Below the pieces are notes generated by a model, which was given only the letters and a program-made list of their open reading frames with translations, did not search any database and was not told the origin of the DNA. From an uncultured Alphaproteobacteria bacterium (lineage in GTDB: Bacteria; Pseudomonadota; Alphaproteobacteria; Rhizobiales; Xanthobacteraceae): DNA of 64,000 bases. The stretch spans positions 1,168,750 through 1,232,749 of the forward strand of contig CAVYPJ010000001.1 of the NCBI GenBank assembly GCA_963770385.1, read 5' to 3'. Within the stretch, counting starts at the first letter, position 1. Each line of letters starts with the position of its first letter. The position numbers and the translations under genes are program-made. Below are positions 48,236 through 59,522 of this stretch, piece after piece.

Positions 48236-49213
48236 ATGATCATCGACTGTCACGCCCATCTCGTTCCCCCCTCGCTTCTTGACGCCATCCGGGCCGCTAA
48301 AGCGAATTTTCCGTCCGTGAAACTGATCGAGGAGGGCGGCAGCCTCGGCTTTGCCTTCGCCGGCAACAAGCCGACCCGGCCGGTGTCGAAGCCGCTGAGC
48401 GACATCACGGCGCGCCTGCAATGGCTCGACACCAACAAGATCGAGCGCCAGGTGGTCGGCGGCTGGCTCGATATGTTCGCCTACGAGATTCCGGCCGAGG
48501 AAGGCATTCGCTGGTCACGACTGATCAACACGCATCTCGGCAAGATCGCCAAGGAGCAGCCGCGCTTCATTCCGCTGGCGACCGTGCCGCTGCAGGATGG
48601 CGCGCGCGCCGCCGAAGTGCTGAAGGAAGCCCATGCGGACGGCTTCAAGGGCGCGATGATCGGCACCCAGCCGAAGGGCAAGGGCGGCGTGCTGGATGAT
48701 CCGTCGCTGCTGCCGTTCTGGGAAGCGGCCAACAGCCTCGGCTCGATCATCTTCATCCATCCGGTGTTCGAGAGCGGCGACGACCGCGTGCACGACTACG
48801 GCATGGCCAATGCGGTCGGGCGGATCACCGATACGCTGATCGCGATGTCGCGTCTGATCTATGCCGGCCATGTCACGCGCTACAGCAACATGAAGATCGT
48901 CGCCGGTATCGGCGGCGCGGCGCTGCCTTACGTGATCGGCCGGCTGCGGCGCAATTATTCGCTCGACAAGGACAAGCTCGGCGATCCCGACGCTGCGCTG
49001 GCCGCGATGTACTACGACACGATCGTGCAGGACACGCGCGCACTGCGCTATCTCGCCGACGTCGTCGGCGCCGACCGCATCATGATGGGATCGGACATGC
49101 CGTTCCCGATCGGCGATCTGGCACCCCTCAAGATCGTGCAGGAGACGTCGTTCACCGACGCCGAGCGCGCCAGCATCAATGGCGGGCTCGTCCAGAAGCT
49201 GTTCGAACTGTGA
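48236..49213 (+). CDS. Amidohydrolase_2 family protein (ACMSD/aromatic-acid decarboxylase-like)
   Basis: IDCHAH, FIHP, YYDT, GSDMPF. Confidence 0.88.
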   Translation: MIIDCHAHLVPPSLLDAIRAAKANFPSVKLIEEGGSLGFAFAGNKPTRPVSKPLSDITARLQWLDTNKIERQVVGGWLDMFAYEIPAEEGIRWSRLINTHLGKIAKEQPRFIPLATVPLQDGARAAEVLKEAHADGFKGAMIGTQPKGKGGVLDDPSLLPFWEAANSLGSIIFIHPVFESGDDRVHDYGMANAVGRITDTLIAMSRLIYAGHVTRYSNMKIVAGIGGAALPYVIGRLRRNYSLDKDKLGDPDAALAAMYYDTIVQDTRALRYLADVVGADRIMMGSDMPFPIGDLAPLKIVQETSFTDAERASINGGLVQKLFEL

Positions 49214-49689
49214 GGCGACACGTGAAGCTCGATATCGGCGGCAATGAAGCGATCCCGGCCTCGGTCGAGGCGCTCTGGGTCGCGCTCAACGATCCCAAGG
49301 TGCTGACGCGCTGCGTTCCCGGCTGCAAGACCATGACCGAGATCGCGCCGGACGCATACAAGGTCGACATGCAGCTGCGGGTTGCGGCTGTCGGCGGCTC
49401 GTTCGAAGGCGAGATATCGCTGTCGGACAAGCAGGCGCCGAAGACCTGCAACATAAAGGTTTCGGGCGCAGGCACGCTTGGCCACGGCAACGGCACGGCG
49501 CGGTTCGAGATCGAGCCGGATGGAGAAAATGGTGCGAAGCTTGTCTACAAGGGGACGGGCGAGATCGGCGGCCTTGTGGCTGGCGTCGGCCAGCGAATTC
49601 TGGCCAGCGTCTCCAAACATCTGATCGGGCGCTTCTTCGTCGCGCTGCGCAAGGAATTCGAACAACCGATAAGCGGTGCGGCGGGATGA
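49210..49689 (+). CDS. CoxG / SRPBCC family protein
   Basis: LWVALNDPKVLTRCVPGC, GGLVAGVGQR. Confidence 0.88.
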   Translation: MRRHVKLDIGGNEAIPASVEALWVALNDPKVLTRCVPGCKTMTEIAPDAYKVDMQLRVAAVGGSFEGEISLSDKQAPKTCNIKVSGAGTLGHGNGTARFEIEPDGENGAKLVYKGTGEIGGLVAGVGQRILASVSKHLIGRFFVALRKEFEQPISGAAG

Positions 49690-49771
49690 AATGACGCATC
49701 GCGTTGTTAAGTGCTGCGGGGAATAAGGCAGGCACGACGGGCGCGATGATGATTGTACGGGAGGACGTATA

Positions 49772-50743
49772 GTGAAAAGAGTATCGATCGGTTTGGGCGT
49801 GTTGATGGCGGCGACGATGCTCTCGCCGGCGTCCGCGCAAGACCTGAAGAAATTGTCGATCGTGGTTTTCGGCGCGCCCTCGCTCGGCGCCTTCCTGCCG
49901 CCCGTTATCAAGGCGCAGAAGCTTGATGAGAAGAACGGCCTGTCGATCACCTTCGAGGAGCGCACGCCGGACGCCTACACCGCGCAGTTCAATTCCGGTG
50001 AATTCCAGCTTGGCGGCAGCGCAGCGCTCCTGACCGTCGGTCTCGCCGATGTCCGCGGCGTCAAGGTCACCTATCTGTTCAATCTGTTCGACTTCTGGGG
50101 CACGGTCGTCACCTCGCGTCCCGAGGTCACCTCGATCAAGGACATCGAAGGCAAGGATCTCGCCGCGGCCAAGGGCACCACCAACTACGTGATGTTCGAC
50201 TGGTTCGCGCGCCAACTCGGCGCGGACACGGCCAAGTTCTCCGTGGTCAATACTGCGACACCGGGTCTCGTCGGCTACGCGCTGGCCGACCGCGCCACCG
50301 CGGTTCAGCTCTGGGAGCCGGCCTACACGACGCTCCGCACCAAGAAGCCCGGCATCAAGATGCTCGACCTCAAGATCGAGGAGAGCTGGCAGAAGGCGAC
50401 CGGCAGCAAGAACATTCCCTATCTCGGCGTCGCTGCGCATATCGATTGGGCCGAGAAGAACAAAGACCTGATCCCCAAGCTCTACGCCGCCTACAAGGAA
50501 GCGGGCGAATGGACCGCGGCGCATCCGGACGAAGCCGCCAAATTGATCATGACCAAGGGCAACGACGAAGATCGCAAGGCCGTTGCCGAACTGATCCGCG
50601 CCAACGACCGGTTGGGCATGAACATCCGCAGCGCGGCCGAGATCAGCAAGGAGATCAAGTCGGTCTATGACGCCGGAAAGTCGATCGCGTTCCTGCCGTC
50701 GCTTCCAGCCGACGCGACCATTTACAGCGGACCGATGAAGTGA
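49772..50743 (+). CDS. ABC transporter substrate-binding protein (SsuA/NMT1-like)
   Basis: Signal peptide, periplasmic binding fold, operon with a permease and an ATPase. Confidence 0.85.
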   Translation: MKRVSIGLGVLMAATMLSPASAQDLKKLSIVVFGAPSLGAFLPPVIKAQKLDEKNGLSITFEERTPDAYTAQFNSGEFQLGGSAALLTVGLADVRGVKVTYLFNLFDFWGTVVTSRPEVTSIKDIEGKDLAAAKGTTNYVMFDWFARQLGADTAKFSVVNTATPGLVGYALADRATAVQLWEPAYTTLRTKKPGIKMLDLKIEESWQKATGSKNIPYLGVAAHIDWAEKNKDLIPKLYAAYKEAGEWTAAHPDEAAKLIMTKGNDEDRKAVAELIRANDRLGMNIRSAAEISKEIKSVYDAGKSIAFLPSLPADATIYSGPMK

Positions 50744-51555
50744 CGATACCGCAGGCCGAGACGTCATTGGGTGCAGCGACCTGGAGCGTAGGCGGCCTCG
50801 GCCGGCGCGTGCTCTCTTACGTGTTGCCGTTCGCAGTGGTGGCCGGCTGCTGGCAGATCGCCGCGCAATTCTTCCCGCCATTCCTGTTTCCATCACTGGT
50901 CGACGTGTTCAAGCGCTGCGTCGACATTTTCTTCAGCTGGAGCCAGTTCAGCGACGTGCTCGCAACCGTCGGGCGCATTCTGGCGGGCCTTGCGGGCGCT
51001 TTCATCATCGGCGCGGCGTTTGCGGTGATGATGGCGCGCTCGCGGGCGGTGAACGATTTCCTCTCGCCGATCCTGACGCTGTTTCAGGGCATTCCCGCGC
51101 TATCCTGGGTCGTGTTCGCGATCATCTGGTTTCATGGCATCGAGCCGCGCATCTTCTTCATCATGGTCATGACGACGCTGCCGGCCTTCACGTTCCAGGT
51201 CCTGAGCGCGCTGCAGGCGATGTCGCGCGATCTCATGGAGATGGTGATGAGCTTTCGCCCGACCCGCGCGAAGCTATTCCGCACCATGATCATCCCGGCG
51301 ATCCTGCCGGACATCCTGACCGCGTGGAAGGTCAATCTGGGCAATGCGTCGCGCGTCGTCGTGGTCGCCGAACTGGTCGGCGCGACCGGTGGCGTCGGCT
51401 ATGAACTGCTGCAGCAGCAGCAGGTGTTCGACATGGCCGGCGCGCTGGCCTGGACGCTGCAACTCGTGTTCTTCGTGCTGATCGCGCAAGCCGTTCTGAC
51501 CCTGATCGAGAGCGTCGCGTTCCGCTATCGCGCGGTCTCGGAGCGCACGCTATGA
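50740..51555 (+). CDS. ABC transporter permease (SsuC/TauC-like)
   Basis: TM helices, GIPALSW, VVVAELVG. Confidence 0.9.
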   Translation: MTIPQAETSLGAATWSVGGLGRRVLSYVLPFAVVAGCWQIAAQFFPPFLFPSLVDVFKRCVDIFFSWSQFSDVLATVGRILAGLAGAFIIGAAFAVMMARSRAVNDFLSPILTLFQGIPALSWVVFAIIWFHGIEPRIFFIMVMTTLPAFTFQVLSALQAMSRDLMEMVMSFRPTRAKLFRTMIIPAILPDILTAWKVNLGNASRVVVVAELVGATGGVGYELLQQQQVFDMAGALAWTLQLVFFVLIAQAVLTLIESVAFRYRAVSERTL

Positions 51556-52310
51556 CCGCGACAGCCCCGATCATCAGCCTCGAGCAGGTCTCGAAGTCCT
51601 TCACCAAGAACCGCGCGGCGCCGGCCTATGTCGCGGTGGACCGCCTGGACCTTCAGGTCGGGCAGGGGCAGTTGCTTGCGCTGCTCGGCAAGACCGGCTG
51701 CGGCAAGTCGACGATCTTCAACATGATCGCGGGCCTGACCGAGCCGACGTCAGGCACGGTTATGGTCGACGGACGCAATCCCTTCAGCGACTTCAATTCC
51801 TTCCGCGGCAAGATCGCGATCGTGTTCCAGAACGATCGCCTGCTGCCCTGGCGCACTGCCGTGCAGAATGTCGAGCTTGGGCTTGAAATGCTCGACGTGC
51901 CCGTGAAGCAGCGGAAGGACACCGCGATGCACTGGCTCGGTCGGCTCGGCCTGCGCGGCCATGAGAACGACTATCCGCACGCGCTGTCCGGCGGCATGCG
52001 TCAGCGCGTGTCGATCGCGCGGGCCTTTGCGACCGACGCCAACATCCTGCTCTGCGACGAGCCGTTCTCCGCGCTCGACGAGATGACCGCGCGGACGCTG
52101 CGGGCCGAATTCGTTCGGCTGGTCAAGGAAAACGGCAAGACGGCGGTGTTCGTGACCCATTCGATCAACGAGGCGCTGGAGATCGGCGACCGGATCGTGG
52201 TGCTGAAGCGGCCCGCCAACATTGCGGTCGATCTGCCGCTGACGGCAGCAACGGACAGCGCCGAGAAGGAAGCGATCCGGCATCAAATTCAAAGCGTGCT
52301 GGCGGCATAG
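51552..52310 (+). CDS. ABC transporter ATP-binding protein
   Basis: GKTGCGKS, LSGGMRQR, LLCDEPFSALD. Confidence 0.95.
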   Translation: MTATAPIISLEQVSKSFTKNRAAPAYVAVDRLDLQVGQGQLLALLGKTGCGKSTIFNMIAGLTEPTSGTVMVDGRNPFSDFNSFRGKIAIVFQNDRLLPWRTAVQNVELGLEMLDVPVKQRKDTAMHWLGRLGLRGHENDYPHALSGGMRQRVSIARAFATDANILLCDEPFSALDEMTARTLRAEFVRLVKENGKTAVFVTHSINEALEIGDRIVVLKRPANIAVDLPLTAATDSAEKEAIRHQIQSVLAA

Positions 52311-52338
52311 ACCGCGGCCGTCAATTGGGAGGACTACG

Positions 52339-53313
52339 ATGCGAACCGCACTCGTTGCGGCCGTAGCGGCCTTGTGCGTGCTCGGCGCGAGCCCATCACG
52401 GGCGCAGGACTGGCCGACGCGGGCGCTCACCATGATTAATCCGTTCGCTGCCGGCGGCCCTAACGATGTGCCGGCGCGATTGTTCGCGCAGCGGATGGGA
52501 GAGATCCTGGGGCAATCCGTGATCGTCGAGAATGTCGGCGGCGCCGGGGGCATGAACGGCGCCGACCGCGTCGCGAAGGCCCAGCCCGACGGCTACACCT
52601 TCCTGCTCGGCACGGTCGGGACCCAGGCCCAGAACCAGGCGCTCTATAAGAAACCGGCCTACGACTCGACCAGGGATTTCGCGAGCGTCGGGCTGTTTCT
52701 GGAAGCCCCTCTGGTGCTGGTGGTCCGCAAGGACCTTCCTGTCAACTCGATGCAGGAGTTCGTTGCCTACGCCAAGGCGAACGCCGACAAGATGCAGTTT
52801 GCCTCGGCCGGAACCGGTTCGGCCATCCATCTCGGCTGCGCGCTGATGAACTCGGTGATGGGGCTGACCATCACCCATATTCCCTATCGCGGCTCCAATC
52901 CCGCGATGCAGGACCTCGCCAGCGGCCGGGTCGACTATCTCTGCGACATCGTCACGACGGCCAAGCCGCAGATCGACGGCGGGACGGTGAAGGCGATTGC
53001 GGTGCTCAATGATGTCCGCTCGGCCGCGCTGCCGGACGTTCCGACCGCGATGGAGCAGGGGTTCGATGTGAAGGCCTACACCTGGAACGCCTTCCTGCTG
53101 CCCAAGGGCACGCCGGAACCGATCGTGGCGAAGCTCAACCATGCCATGGTCGAGACGATGAAGACGCCCGCGGTCAGGGAAAAACTCGATGCGGTCGGCC
53201 TCAAGCTGGTGTCCGAGGAGCGAGCGACGCCAGCCTATCTCGATCAATTCATCCGGAGCGAAATCGACAAATGGGCGGTGCTGATCAAGGCAACCGGCAT
53301 CAGCATCGAATGA
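52339..53313 (+). CDS. Tripartite tricarboxylate transporter substrate-binding protein (Bug/TctC)
   Basis: PFAAGGPND, ENVGGAGG, HIPYRGSNPA. Confidence 0.93.
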   Translation: MRTALVAAVAALCVLGASPSRAQDWPTRALTMINPFAAGGPNDVPARLFAQRMGEILGQSVIVENVGGAGGMNGADRVAKAQPDGYTFLLGTVGTQAQNQALYKKPAYDSTRDFASVGLFLEAPLVLVVRKDLPVNSMQEFVAYAKANADKMQFASAGTGSAIHLGCALMNSVMGLTITHIPYRGSNPAMQDLASGRVDYLCDIVTTAKPQIDGGTVKAIAVLNDVRSAALPDVPTAMEQGFDVKAYTWNAFLLPKGTPEPIVAKLNHAMVETMKTPAVREKLDAVGLKLVSEERATPAYLDQFIRSEIDKWAVLIKATGISIE

Positions 53314-53320
53314 GCGCGGC

Positions 53321-53557
53321 TTAAGCGGCAGTCACTTCCTCTGCTTTTGGTACCGCTGAGGGGACCGGCACGGGTTCAGCCGTAGCCTCGCGCACCCGCC
53401 GCTTGACCGACAGGCTGACCACGCGGGAGCGCTGTGCGAGGCGTTCGGTCGAAGCGCAGACTGGACACCGGTAGGTGCCGATTTCGTAGCGGTGTGGCGC
53501 CGGGGTAACCGCCACCAGCTCACGTCGCACCCCGCATTTGAGGCAGTTCGGTGCCAT
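53321..53557 (-). CDS. Small zinc-ribbon hypothetical protein
   Basis: CLKC...YRCPVC. Confidence 0.55.
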   Translation of the reverse strand: MAPNCLKCGVRRELVAVTPAPHRYEIGTYRCPVCASTERLAQRSRVVSLSVKRRVREATAEPVPVPSAVPKAEEVTAA

Positions 53558-53694
53558 CTTCGATCCCCCGCGACTCACATGACTCGTCCAATGATTCGCT
53601 TTTGGAATCTTAAGACGATGACCCATCCAAATGGTTAACGTCGTATCGAAGCCGGAACTGGCTCGTCGTGCCGCGGCCGTTCCCTCGGAGGCGT

Positions 53695-53720
53695 GGAACC
53701 AGTTCAGCCCGGCTTGCGTT
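53695..53720 (+). promoter_or_regulatory. EcfG-type promoter GGAAC-N17-CGTT upstream of glgX
   Basis: Consensus match ending 28 nt before the ATG. Confidence 0.6.
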
Positions 53721-53748
53721 GCAGCAAGCAAAGAGGGGCGGGGTTTTC

Positions 53749-55986
<2,238 letters not shown>

Positions 55987-56004
55987 ACAAGGCGGCCGAC
56001 ACCG

Positions 56005-56208
56005 TCACTTCGGACCTCTCAGCCCGGGCGACGACAGCCACCGGTCGATCTTGGCTGCGGTCTCGTTTTCGAGCGCCTGCTGCGCCAGCCGGTCGCGATC
56101 CGCGCCCGGCGGCATCTGGCTGGCGGCCTCCCGCGCCTGTGCGGCGAATTGCTTCAGCCGATCCTGAAACGACAAAGCCGGTCGTTTTCGGTTACGTGTC
56201 CGCTTCAT
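56005..56208 (-). CDS. Small hypothetical protein (…WLSSPGLRGPK)
   Basis: GGAG RBS region; helical composition. Confidence 0.65.
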   Translation of the reverse strand: MKRTRNRKRPALSFQDRLKQFAAQAREAASQMPPGADRDRLAQQALENETAAKIDRWLSSPGLRGPK

Positions 56209-56267
56209 TGGCAATCTCCAGGCCGGACGCTGGCACCGCTTGGGCCGCGGAGTCCTTAACTTTTGTT

Positions 56268-56292
56268 GGAACTGGTGCGAGTGAAGGAGGTT
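56268..56292 (+). promoter_or_regulatory. EcfG-like promoter GGAAC-N17-GTT upstream of the Crp-family gene
   Basis: Consensus match. Confidence 0.5.
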
Positions 56293-56363
56293 TTTGCCTG
56301 GACACGGCAATTTGAGCCCGAATTCCAGAAAAGACCGGCATGCTAAGCTTTGGGGAAGAGCAG

Positions 56364-57095
56364 ATGATGTCGAATGCGACCCTGGACTCCCTGATACGGC
56401 GGCTGCGGACGACGTCAGCGATTGATGATGAGGATGTCGAGGTGATCGGCACGCTGCCGATGGACCTCAGGACTCTTGGGCCCAACCAGCACGTCGTCCG
56501 GGACGGGGAGAGGTCCACCGCGTGCTGCCTGCTGGCAGAGGGATTCTGCGTCCGCTCGAAGAGCACGTGGGAAGGGCGGCGGCAGATCCTGTCCATCCAC
56601 ATCCCCGGAGAAATCCCGGACCTGCAGAGCCTTTATCTGCATGTGATGGATCATGACCTTGTGACGCTGACGGAATCTCGTGTCGGCTACATCCCGCACA
56701 CGGCGCTACAGGACATGGTTCGCCAGAGGCCCAATGTCGCGGCGGTGCTATGGCGGGACACTCTGATCGACGCGGCAATGTTCCGCGAATGGATCGTCAA
56801 TGTCGGCCAGCGGCCGGCGACCAGCCGGCTCGCGCATATCGTGGTCGAGCTGCGGGCGCGCCTGAAGGTCATTGGCCGCAGCGATGGCAGCCGCATCGAG
56901 ATGCCGCTGACGCAGGAGCAGATCGGCGAAGCGATGGGGATCACTCCGATCCACGCCAATCGGATTATCAAGCAATTGCGCGAGGAGGGCGTGCTCGAAT
57001 TTCACCGCGGTCATGTAACGGTGCTGGACGAGGGCAAGCTGGAGGAACTCGCCCACTTCGACGACCGTTATCTTCATTTGAAACCTTCGCTTTAG
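56364..57095 (+). CDS. Crp/Fnr family transcriptional regulator
   Basis: GRRQILSIHIPGEIPDL, PLTQEQIGEAMGITPIHANR HTH. Confidence 0.92.
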   Translation: MMSNATLDSLIRRLRTTSAIDDEDVEVIGTLPMDLRTLGPNQHVVRDGERSTACCLLAEGFCVRSKSTWEGRRQILSIHIPGEIPDLQSLYLHVMDHDLVTLTESRVGYIPHTALQDMVRQRPNVAAVLWRDTLIDAAMFREWIVNVGQRPATSRLAHIVVELRARLKVIGRSDGSRIEMPLTQEQIGEAMGITPIHANRIIKQLREEGVLEFHRGHVTVLDEGKLEELAHFDDRYLHLKPSL

Positions 57096-57103
57096 GGGGA
57101 CAA

Positions 57104-57331
57104 ATGCCGCGGTATCATTTTCACATCCGGGAAAACGGCCGCCTCATTCGCGACGAGGAGGGACAGGAGTTTCCAGACAAAGACGCTGTCCGAAGAGAGG
57201 CGGTGGAAACGGGCGCTTCCATCGCACGAGATGTCTTCATGAACGGAAGCGCGAGGCTTGTCGTGGTCGATGTGCACGAGGAGAACCGGACCTGCCTGAA
57301 AGTCTCGATCTCCCTCTGTGTTGAAGAATGA
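57104..57331 (+). CDS. DUF6894 family small protein
   Basis: MPRYHFHI..DEEGQEFPD. Confidence 0.75.
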   Translation: MPRYHFHIRENGRLIRDEEGQEFPDKDAVRREAVETGASIARDVFMNGSARLVVVDVHEENRTCLKVSISLCVEE

Positions 57332-57367
57332 TGACGCACGGCGGCGCAAATGCCGCGTGGGACATTA

Positions 57368-57392
57368 GGAACCATCCTCACGAAGCCGTGTT
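57368..57392 (+). promoter_or_regulatory. EcfG-like promoter GGAAC-N16-TGTT upstream of the DUF892 gene
   Basis: Near-consensus match. Confidence 0.6.
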
Positions 57393-57426
57393 GCTTTCCG
57401 CACAACACCAACCAGCGGAGCCACTC

Positions 57427-57916
57427 ATGGCAGAGAAAGACCTCAACGATTTGTTTCTCGATACTCTGAAGGACATCTATTACGCCGAGAAGCAAATCTA
57501 CAAATCATTGCCGAAGATGGCGAAGGCCGCGAATTCAGATCAGCTTCGCCAAGCCTTCGAGAAACATCACCAGGAGACCGAAGGCCAGATCGAACGGCTG
57601 GAGCAGATCTTCGAGCTGATCGACAAGCCCGCGCGCGGCAAGAAGTGCGATGCGATCGAGGGCATTCTGGACGAAGGCAAGGAGATCATGGACGAATACA
57701 AGGGCGCTCCGGCGCTCGATGCGGGTCTGCTCGCCGCGGCCCAGGCGGTCGAGCACTACGAGATTTCCCGCTATGGCACACTCAAGGCGTGGGCAACAAA
57801 GCTCGGCAACAAGGAGGCCGTCAAACTGCTCGACGCGAACTCTGTCCGAGGAGAAGAAGACCGACGAAACGCTGACCAGGATCGCCATGAGCGCCGTCAA
57901 CGCCGAGGCGGCCTGA
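57427..57916 (+). pseudogene. yciF: Ferritin-like DUF892 (YciF-like) stress protein with a +1 frameshift near 57840
   Basis: LKDIYYAEKQ, AQAVEHYEISRYGTL; removing one A in GCGAACTCTG restores TLSEEKKTDETL. Confidence 0.85.
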
Positions 57917-58016
57917 TCGACGCTTGCGGCATCGTTACAAAATGTCGGATGCTCCCGGGGTCATCTCAGGAGCATCCGATAATCGAGCCGGGTGTTATGA
58001 AGGCGCTGAGGCGATA

Positions 58017-59507
58017 TCAGCTGGGAATGCCGGGAGTGGTGCCGCGTCCAAGCGCGAACTGACCGACCGGACCTTCGACGTGAAACTCAAGCCCTGTCAT
58101 CCTGGCGAACAGGTCAATATTGCTCGTCCCGACGGCGCATCCGCCGAGGTCCATGTCCGTGGCAGTCAGATACAGCGTCTGCAGTAGCACGCCGACGTCG
58201 CGAAGGATCAGCGAGTAGGCGATCGCGCTGTATTTCCAGGCGATCCGGTCGAAACGAGCTGCAATCGTGATCAGAATCTGAGGCGGCCCGGGAGCGTCCA
58301 TGGCGAATGCAGCGGCGCCGATCAAGGCCTCCAGCTCCTGCGCGCGTACCTCGATCGGCACGAGTGCATGGCGGTCGGCGTCGTAATGATAGAAGCCCGG
58401 CGTGAGGCCATCGCATCGGGCGACCGCGAGATAAAGCTCGAGCTCATAGGCGCTACCGGCCGAGGGATAGGGCCGAGTCGTGTAGTCGATCTCGGGACCG
58501 AACGTGCCATCGCCGAAGTCGAGCGGGTTGATCCATTTCGATCGTACGCGCGCTGCGCAATCGAGGAATTGCGCAAGCTCGGCTAGCGTGATCGGATTCT
58601 GGTCGTCGAATTCCCGGATCGAGTGGCGCTCGCCCAGCAGCTCCGCAAAAGGTGACATCAGCTCGTTCGTCGCGTCCGTGAACGGCTGCAGATCGATCGT
58701 CGTGCCCGGCCACGCCGGCCGGACAGCCGAGGGCGGCGGGATCAGGTCGACATAGGGGTAACGCCCGCCAATCGGATTGGCCTGCCGCCCCTCGGTACTT
58801 TGGACGTGAAACAGCAGATCATGGAAATCCCATACCACGAGTGGGGCGCCGCCTTCGCTTGGACGCAGACCCTCATCGCCAACGGTTTCGATCTTGAACA
58901 GGATCTGGCAATCCAGCAGCAGCGCAAGCAGTTCCTCGCCCGGACCACCCTGCTGCCGCAGCTTGCCAACCCTGTGCGGAGACGACAGCGTGACGAGCGC
59001 AGATGCGATCTTCGGATCCGCGATGCGAAACAGCGCCGCGGCGCGCGGCGATTCCAGCACCATCTCGTTGCCGCGCCGGCGCATATAGGCGAAGCGCGAC
59101 AAAACGACCGTATCGGTCGCGCGGAGCTTTTGTATCTTCGGCCAATAGTCGGCGGACTGCGGTTCGACGACGACGAGGTCCTGATCGCCGCGTGCACGGG
59201 AGAGGCGATATTCGACGAGGCCTCGTCGCGCGAGTTGCCGCACCACGAGATCAATCTCGCGGTCGACCGAGCTTCCATCCACGGAGAACGAATGGAGCGG
59301 GAGGCCGCTTCGAAGATCACGCGCCCGCTTGATCGCGCCCGTGCTGAATTTACCCAGTTCGACCGCGTAGCCGTCGAAGTCGGCCGCAAGACTGCCGTCC
59401 GGCCGCGCTTGAATAGTGAAGTGCTCGTTCAACCTGACGGAGAGAACGGGCGGGGTCGTCTTTCGCCGTTTCTTGGGCGAAGGTTTCTTGGATTGAAGCG
59501 CGGGCAC
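58017..59507 (-). CDS. SagB/ThcOx-type FMN-dependent azoline oxidase with N-terminal extension
   Basis: RHSIREF, RPYPSAGSAYELELY, WKYSAIAYSL..DVGVLLQTLYL; directly downstream of the YcaO gene. Confidence 0.92.
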   Translation of the reverse strand: MPALQSKKPSPKKRRKTTPPVLSVRLNEHFTIQARPDGSLAADFDGYAVELGKFSTGAIKRARDLRSGLPLHSFSVDGSSVDREIDLVVRQLARRGLVEYRLSRARGDQDLVVVEPQSADYWPKIQKLRATDTVVLSRFAYMRRRGNEMVLESPRAAALFRIADPKIASALVTLSSPHRVGKLRQQGGPGEELLALLLDCQILFKIETVGDEGLRPSEGGAPLVVWDFHDLLFHVQSTEGRQANPIGGRYPYVDLIPPPSAVRPAWPGTTIDLQPFTDATNELMSPFAELLGERHSIREFDDQNPITLAELAQFLDCAARVRSKWINPLDFGDGTFGPEIDYTTRPYPSAGSAYELELYLAVARCDGLTPGFYHYDADRHALVPIEVRAQELEALIGAAAFAMDAPGPPQILITIAARFDRIAWKYSAIAYSLILRDVGVLLQTLYLTATDMDLGGCAVGTSNIDLFARMTGLEFHVEGPVGQFALGRGTTPGIPS

Positions 59508-59522
59508 GCTTGCTTGTCCCGC

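Noticed and set aside
44347-49689. Aerobic CO dehydrogenase (coxMSL/coxG)
   Set aside because: The large subunit has AVRGFG rather than the AYxCSFR active-site loop, and the cluster contains organic-substrate transporters and a decarboxylase-like gene.
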